Origin: Antedon mediterranea | Lineage: Eukaryota > Animalia > Echinodermata | NCBI RefSeq assembly: GCF_964355755.1 | Contig: NC_092678.1 | Location: 2,310,422-2,374,421 of the forward strand | Length of the DNA: 64,000 bases | Reading direction: 5' to 3' | Shown: positions 50,601-59,900 of the stretch, piece by piece | Layout of the letters: every line of letters starts with the position of its first letter | Position numbering within the stretch: position 1 is the first letter of the stretch | Made by a program: the position numbers and the translations under genes | The notes under the pieces: model-generated | Told to the model about the DNA's origin: nothing | The model's input: the letters and a program-made list of their open reading frames with translations, nothing else | The model's database searches: none

Positions 50601-53600
50601 CATGTTAATATTTTAAAAAGTGACTGAATACAGATCTAACTTTTTTATTTATTTCAGAGAGATTTAGAAGATAATGAAGGGGGTATTGGAAAGAAACGGC
50701 GCATGTTTAAGCAAGAGGATGGTGACATAGATGACAAGATAGTGATGAAGCAACGGATGCTACAACTATGTGATAAGTTGGCCAAATATCAGGTATAATA
50801 TAAAGATGTTCTTAACAAAGATTTTCTGATTTTTTTTTTTTATAAATGAGAGTAAGAAAAGATAAATTGAATTGAAGATGTATTGTCCACAAAAACATGA
50901 AAAATGACGATTTATAAAATAAGACTTTGAATAGGCCATTCTACAGTTTTTAGCTTTATTAAAACATCCCCAAGCAAACTGTTGGTTCTTTGTGTTTAGG
51001 ATGAGACTGGTCGCTATCCAATTGAATTGTTCTTAGAGAAGCCATCAAAGAAGCTGTATCCAGATTACTACCAAGTGATCACAGAACCCATTGATCTCAC
51101 CACAATACGGAATGACATCGAGGCAGAAAGTGTAAGTGAGATAGTAACATTACTATTTAGAATAAATATAAATTAAAAAAATTAAAGGGTTTGCAAAATA
51201 ATTACTGACAGATCATTCTTTTTATTTTCGTAGTATCCAAATGAGGAAGCTGTTATGGGCAGCTTTCAACTGATGTTCAACAATGCCAGGCTTTACAATG
51301 AAGAAGGCTCCCTAGTTTACCAAGATGCCAACTTGCTAGAATCCATCCTGAAGAAAAATTACAGGGAGTTAGGTCCTCTTCCTGGTAAGCAATAAGATAG
51401 GGGGCTCTTGAATTACGACGAACTATGACCTATGAACTTTCTATGTTATGTTAATTAATTGTGCACATATGGGTTATTTGGAGGGCTTCCTAACTTTGTT
51501 TTTGTGGATTCAAGGTCCAGACGATGCCCATTGACACAAAAACATATGTCCTAGGTCTGAACGGAGCCAACTTCCAGACGTTGCCCATTGACACAAAAAC
51601 ATATGTCCTAGGTCTGAACAGAGCCAACATTAGATTTCTTAGTCCTAGAGGTCATACATTAGATGTATATTTAATGTAAATTTTCTTTAATTAAGTACGT
51701 TTCTCTTTGCACGGTTGTAGCCCAAACCTTCAGCATTCCTCATTGTTGATGGTTTGTTTAAATTCATAACATGTGCTACAGTAACGTGCCTACTGGTAGC
51801 ACTTTCAGCAGTATCTCATTGCTGACAGTGTCACACGTAGGCCAACATAGCTTGCTATCTCCATCATTATGTGTTCAGTTTGTGTTGGATTTCATTTCTA
51901 AATGTATTTGATATTATCTCTCATAGGTAAACCTAAGTATGGAAGCCCAAAGAAAGCATCGCTTGCCAACTTGCCCAAAGGACCAGCACCACTTTCCCAA
52001 AAGCTCAGTTCACTGTATGCTGTCATCAGAGATTATCGGGATACTGCGCAGCGAGAATTAGCTGTACCTTTCATTCGACTACCATCCAAAAATGTAATGT
52101 ATATTTTGTTATATTTGTCTGTGGGTAAAAATTGTTTATACAGGTATGTCTAACAATTTGAGAGATTACAGGTTAAAACCTCTAGAAATATTTGATTGCT
52201 TATGAATATGTATTTTCTATATTATTTATTTTTATAGGAGTATCCTGAATACTATCAAGTAATTAAGAAGCCAATCGATATGCAACGCATTCAACAACGT
52301 ATGAATGGTAAACAGTACGAAACGATAGACGATATGGTCAACGATTTTCTCCTACTGTTTGACAATGCTTGTAAATTTAACGAGCCGGACTCGTGGATCT
52401 ACAAAGACGCTCTGACGCTTCAGAGAGAGCTTATACGTGCCAGGCGTGAACTGACCGGCGACGAAGTGTCTGGAGTGCCAGAGGTTATGTCCATGGTGAG
52501 AGAAATTCTTACGAGTTTGTTTGTGTCGGTTGCCAATCATCAAGATGAAGAAGGGCGTTGTTACAGTGACTCACTTGCAGAAATACCAATGGAGAAAAAA
52601 GAGGGGGAAGAGGCGGTTGAAGAAACAGCACAAGATGATCAATCACAAACATCGGAACCTAAACAAAAGTATGTATTGCTTTTTAATCTACCAGTTCTCC
52701 TCCTTCTGTAAACTTGTGAAACTAGACAGTAAAATTAAAAGATGTGAAGTGAACTTAAGATAGTTTACTGTAGACCAAAACGAAGAACAACGTTTGAAAT
52801 GTATTTGATGTTGCTATGAGATTAAGCTATACCATATGATTTTGAAGCCAAGTGTTTTGTTAATCAAGTAATGTTCACATATAGCGTTCAGTAAGAATAA
52901 ATTAAAGTCTGTTTTTTTAGGCCGGCCCCAGCATTGGATTTAGATACCCTACGCAAATTCCTAGACAGAAGATGTTTTCGTAGGCTAGATCGATTCCAGG
53001 ATGGAATGTTTGAGATATTTGAACGGGCTAGACAGCTTTCAAGAACAGACTCTCAGGTACGGAAAAACTAATTTTCTAAGACATTATTTTTTGTATTCAA
53101 TTTCAAAGCATCATTATTATTATTTTTATTTGCTTTGTTTGTTTTTAGTTTAATTAATTAAATTTTAATACTTTGCACAGTTGTAGCCCAAACTATCAGC
53201 ATTCCCCATTGTTGATGGGTTGTTTAAATTCATAACATGTGCTACAGTAACGTGCCTACTGGTAGCACTTTCAGCAGTATCTCATTGCTGACAGTGTCAC
53301 ACGTAGGCTAACATAACCAATTTCATGAAACTAAAATTGAACAAAAATTGTAATGAACCAATGTAAAACCCTGTCTACACTATCAAATTAGTTTGACAAA
53401 AAATGTGTGATGTGCCCATATATGGTAGTGATATGACATCATCATGTTCATATATGGGCACATCACATTTTTTTGTCACATAATAGTATTACGAAGAGAT
53501 CGCGACCGCAAAGGCGGTGGCGTATGTACGTATATAAGGGATGACATCGCGTTTAACCGGCGTTCAGATATTGAATCCGACGAAGCTGAAGTACTTTGGA

Positions 53601-56600
53601 TTGAACTGATCCTGCCTAAAACCAAACCCATTATAATTGGAACATGTTACAGACCACCAAAGCAAACGAACTTTCTAACTCTGTTTGAAAATATGTTATC
53701 TAAAATTGGAATGGACAGTGAATTAATTGTTGTTGGCGATTTTAATATATGTACTTTAACAAAGTCATCTTTATTGAATAGCTATAATCAAATTCTAAGT
53801 ATGTTTAGTTTAAGTAACAAAGTAACTGAACCAACTAGGATATGCCCTACAGTTGCTTCATGCCTCGATCATATATTATGTAATAATGAGAATAAGATAA
53901 GCCAATCGGGTACAATCGCAACAGGTCTAAGCGATCACTTAATGACATTTTGTACACGGAAAACTATTAAACTTAAGTTCAATGGACATAAAAATGTATA
54001 TATCAGATCACTAAAAAACTATACCGTTGATCAATTTAGAAACATACTAATAGATATCGATTGGTCAGTAGTTACCTCTATCGGAGATGTAAATGAAGCT
54101 CTGTATAAATTTAATGCATTACTTTTGGCTGCTATTGATTCCATTGCCCCCCTTAAAAACATTAGAATGAAACAAAGAACGGAACCATGGTTAACTAGAG
54201 AAATATTACAAGACATTGAAACCAGAGATAAATTATTAAATATGTATAATAAAAACAAGAATAATACCGACTTATTAATACAATTTCGCAAACTAAGAAA
54301 TAAAATACAGCGTGATATAAATAAAGCTAAATCAAATCATTTGTTAAACAAGGCTGAAGAAAATAAAAATAACCCTAAAAAATTATGGAAAATGTTTAAA
54401 GGTCTAGGCTATAGTAATACATCTAAGGATAGTGCTAAAACGGTTATTGACCTGCCCAATGGTACTAAATGTTTCGACCCAGCTAAAATTGCTTCTTGCT
54501 TCAACGAATATTTTACTACTATTGCAGCCAATTTGGTCAGTAAACTTCCATCCCCTAAGAATGTGTATGACTGTACGTCGTCCAAACTTAAGGATTTCTA
54601 TAGAACCGTTAGTGGCAATAACTTTATGCTCAACTCAGTGGACGAAGACTTTATATATAGTGAATTAAACAAACTTAATGCGACAAAAAGCACGGGTGTC
54701 GATAAGATACCTCCCCGCTTCATAAAAGATGGGGCTGAAATTCTAAAAGTTCCCATTACCTACATAATTAATTTATCAATTAGTACCAGTACAGTCCCAG
54801 AAGACATGAAAAAGGCCAAGGTCATACCTCTTTATAAAAAAGGTAGTAGAACCGATATTGGAAACTATCGCCCTATAAGTATACTCAGTACAAGGTCTAA
54901 AATTTTAGAGAAGGCTGTTTTTATTCAAATCGAAAAATACCTTACTGAAAACAACGTATTGTATAAATATCAATCTGGATTTCGAGCTGCCTTCTCTACT
55001 GACACATGTTTGATAGACTTAGTTGATTCCCTTAAAACCCAAACTTCTAAGGGAAATTTCTCGGGTATGGTGTTGGTCGATTTAAAGAAGGCATTTGACA
55101 CTGTAGATCATGACATTTTATGTAATAAGCTTAAATTAATGGGTATTGGATCTATTGAATGGTTCAAATCTTACTTATCAATAAGAAAGCAAATAGTAAC
55201 TGTTGATGATCATTGCTCTCAATCTTGTACTGTTACATGCGGGGTTCCTCAAGGAAGTATCCTTGGACCCCTTTTGTTCTTATGTTTTGTTAATGACATG
55301 GTAACTTGTATTGATCCTGATTGTAAACTCCTTCTATACGCTGATGACAGTGCAATTGTTTATTCACACAGAAATCCAGATATTATTTCTAAGAAGCTAG
55401 GGTCAACACTAGACTCCTTGTGTGATTGGCTTGTAGACAATAAGTTAACAATTAACCTGGATAAAACTGAGTGTATACTATTTGGTTCTAAGAGAAAAAC
55501 TAAAAATGTTAACAATTTTAATGTCTCAACAAATGGTAACAATATCAACACTAGTAATTGTGTCAAGTATCCGGGTATTGAAATAGATCAAAATTTAACG
55601 TGTTCTGAATATGCATGTAAAACCATTAAGAAAATTAATAATAGGCTTAAGTTTATGTACCGCCAACGTAAGATACTAAGTTGTAAGAATCGTAAACTAT
55701 TATGCTCTGCTCTCATCCAATGTGTTTTTGATTATGCTGCATCTTCTTGGTTCTGTGGAACCAGTAAAGCTATCCAAAGAAAACTACAAATTGCTCAAAA
55801 CAAAATGGTTAGACTCATAAAAGGAGTTGAACCCAGAAGACATATAGGTGCTGATCAATTAGACGATTATGGATTGTTAAATGTAAAATATCGAGTAAAG
55901 TTCTTGCAAATTAGCCAAGTTCATAAAATATTTATGGGCAGAAGTGCTTCATACCTAAACGAAAACTTTCGTAGAGTTAATAACTTACATGGTCACTTCA
56001 CTCGTGGTAGTAAACTCAATTTTGTTGTACCTAAAGTCCAAGGCATAGAATGTAATACGTTCTATTTTAATGCAATCAGAGAATGGAATAACCTTCCTGA
56101 CTATATTAAACAAATTTCCAACACATCTAAATTTAAAACTGAATTGAAACAATATTACAAAATTAAACATAGATAAATTATTATTGTGCCATTATATCAG
56201 ATGTTTTGCTTATATGCTTATATATTTATGAACCCCGTCTTATAATGTTTGTTTTGTTAAAATTATAATTACTATCTTTTTAGGGACCACATTGGAATTA
56301 AGTTGTTTTACTTTAAACGACTTTATGTGTTTTCCCGTGCATCGTCAGACTTCATTAATCCCGCCATTTTTATTTGCTTTTTTGATGTACATGTATATTA
56401 ATATTTAAGGTGATTTTATATATTATTGATGTATTTTTAATGTTATTTATTGAGATGCCAAATAAATGAAAGAAAAGAAATAGACAGGGCTCAAGCAATA
56501 ATATTAGTTTTGTTCCTTTTATTAATCTAGTTGTATGAAGATGTGGTGGAACTACAGAAATTCTTTATTACAATACGAGATGAAATTTGCAAGAATGGTG

Positions 56601-56913
56601 AGATTCTACTCTCACCTGCTCTCAGCTATACACACAGACATCTTCAAAATGCCTTGGACAAAGAAAAGAAAGAAAAACTACCAAATGAGGTTAAAAAACA
56701 GATATTTTTCTCAATTTAATAGGATAGGACACTTGACTATCATACGAAAAGACCTGAGTTAAATTAAAAAATACTAAGGACGATAAGGTGGCACCGTTAG
56801 AAACAGGCCACCATACTACATAATGCTGAGGCTTAGTAAAATGAGCTGCTAACAGAATAAATGTAAAATTCACCTTTGCTTAAAATCATATTTAAATTGG
56901 TTTGTATTACCTG

Positions 56914-56945
<32 letters not shown>

Positions 56946-59900
56946 ATCAATATTTATAAAGCGTCAATTCAAAGACCGAGGTACAAAATCAAAGGCGCTG
57001 GGCATGTTAGTGGTTGAAAAAATTAGTTTTGAGCAATTTTTTAAATAAGGCAACAGAAGAGCAGTGTTTAATTTGTGGGGGGAGTGAATTCCAGAGTGTG
57101 TGTGCTGCAAAAGAAAACGATCTATGACCAAAGGTTTTAGTGGCTATGCGTGGAACAGAGAGTAAAAAATCTAAGAGTCCGTCCAGGAACATAAAAGGTG
57201 ATTAATTGACGGATGTAAGCAGGTTGGTTGAAAGAAGTGCTTTAAAAGTAAGGAGCAAGATTTTAAATTTGATATATTGTAATAATTAAATATTAAAACA
57301 CTTTTACTTACAGTTAAAAGAAGATGCAGAAAAGAAAGAGGAAGAGGGGAAGCAGGAGGAAGAAGTAATCAAGGCAGGAGAGGAAGGAGATCCAGATGGG
57401 TTGGTTGTCCAGGGCCAGACATACAGAATTGGGGATTTCATCTATGTTGAACCAAGGTAAGACAATCTATTTATAGAATACCGACTTGTTGTAGGGCCAG
57501 ACATACAAAATTGGGGATTTCATCTGTGTTGCAGACAATGTATTTGCAGATTCCATCTATGTTTAACCAATGCAAGTGGTTCTGTGGCTTGGTGCCTGAC
57601 TATCTTGCTTACAAATCCCAGCGTCTTTAGTTCAAATCCTGTTACAATTCTAGGATTTTTATGATGGACAATAAAGCCCAATATCTTAGCCTCATATGAG
57701 ACTTGGTTAAAGCTTTATATGGACATGATGATGGCATATCACTACCATATTTGGGCATATCTCTACCGTATTTGGGCATATCACTACCGTATTTGGGCAT
57801 ATCACTACCGTATTTGGGCATATCACTACCATATTTGGGCATATCACTACCGTATTTGGGCATATCACTACCGTATTTGGGCATATCACTACCGTATTTG
57901 GGCATATCACTACCGTATTTGGGCATATCACTACCCTATTTGGGCGCATCACACTATTTTGTCAAGCTATAGTTTGATAGTGTACTATTGTATTGTATAG
58001 ATTACAGACAGGGAATATTTTAATTAATATTTTACACACTAAGATTAAATACAATTTTGATTTATTATTTATTATACAGTGAGAAGAATCTAAAGCCGCA
58101 CATTGTTTGTATTGAGCGTGTCTGGCAAGATGAGGATGGCGAAAACTGGTTGCATGGCAACTGGTATCTCCGGCCACCAGAAACGTTCCACCTCGCTACC
58201 AGAAAGTTTCTTGAAAAGGTAACACTCAAAGTTGTATACATTTAAATCTGTTTACTATCATCATTATCTTTGAGTTTAGCTAAGATTAAAGTTTTTTGTA
58301 CAAAAACATACATAAAGCCTTTCAAAGTTTTGTTAAAAAGTTATGTTATATATATAAATGTAATGCTTATGTAGAGTGAGTCTATACAGGTAGGGAGCTC
58401 ACAAAATAGACTTACTTTTATAGACCATCAAGTTAAACCCATAACATTATAAATCAAAATATTAAGAAATAAGTATTAATTTAGACGCAATATATTTCCC
58501 TTTTGTTCGTTCCAGGAAGTGTTTAAGAGTGACTATTACAACAAAGTAAAATTCACCAAAGTGATTGGTCGATGTTTTGTAATGTTCGTCAAAGATTACT
58601 TCAAAACAAAACCGGAGAGTTTTCCTGAAGCGGACATTTATGTCTGTGAGTCTCGGTATTCAGCGAAAGCAAAAGCTTTTAAGAAGATTAAGGTACGTAC
58701 GCCGATATCGGTAGAAAGTTTTTCATTCAAGATGCGGTACAAAAAACAAAGCACTAGAGCATAACTAGAATGCGCATTCTTGTATACTGTGCGATAGGTT
58801 TGATACCGTCTTATAAATATGCCATAAAATGTTATCATTCTCATTGTATGTACACTGGACCAACAGATGTATGTCCCATCTAAAGGACGAGGGAACGAGA
58901 AAGTATCTTTCCTAAGGATACAAGAAATATGGAACAGATAATTCTCGAACCTATGCCTTTCGCATGCTAGGCCAATTCCCAGTCATATGTTACATCTCTC
59001 TCTGTAAGTTTGCCTTTCGCATGCTAGGCCGATTGCCAGTCATATGTTACATCTCTCTCTGTAAGTTTGCCTTTCGCATGCTAGGCCGATTGCCAGTCAT
59101 ATGTTACATCTCTCTCTGTAAGTTTGCCTTTCGCATGCTAGGCCGATTGCCAGTCATATGTTACATCTCTCTCTGTAAGTTTGCCTTTCGCATGCTAGGC
59201 CGATTGCCAGTCATATGTTACATCTCTCTCTGTAAGTTTGCCTTTCGCATGCTAGGCCGATTGGCAGTCATATGTTACATCTCTCTCTGTAAGTTTGCCT
59301 TTCACATGCTAGGCCGATTGCCAGTCATATGTTACATCTCTCTCTGTAAGTTTGCCTTTCGCATGCTAGGCCGATTGCCAGTCATATGTTACATCTCTCT
59401 CTGTAAGTTTGCCTTTCGCATGCTAGGCCGATTGCCAGTCATATGTTACATCTCTCTCTGTAAGTTTGCCTTTCGCATGCTAGGCCGATTGGCAGTCATA
59501 TGTTACATCTCTCTCTGTAAGTTTGCCTTTCGCATGCTAGGCCGATTGCCAGTCATATGTTACATCTCTCTCTGTAAGTTTGCCTTTCGCATGCTAGGCC
59601 GATTGCCAGTCATATGTTACATCTCTCTCTGTAAGTTTGCCTTTCGCATGCTAGGCCGATTGCCAGTCATATGTTACATCTCTCTCTGTAAGTTTGCCTT
59701 TCACATGCTAGGCCGATTGCCAGTCATATGTTACATCTCTCTCTGTAAGTTTGCCTTTCACATGCTAGGCCGATTGCCAGTCATATGTTACATCTCTCTC
59801 TGTAAGTTTGCCTTTCGCATGCTAGGCCGATTGCCAGTCATATGTTACATCTCTCTCTGTAAGTTTGCCTTTCGCATGCTAGGCCGATTGGCAGTCATAT

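Noticed and set aside
57642-58000. Repetitive ORFs on both strands (MPKYGSD, GISLPYL and others)
   Set aside because: Translations of the 21-bp MITE-internal minisatellite.
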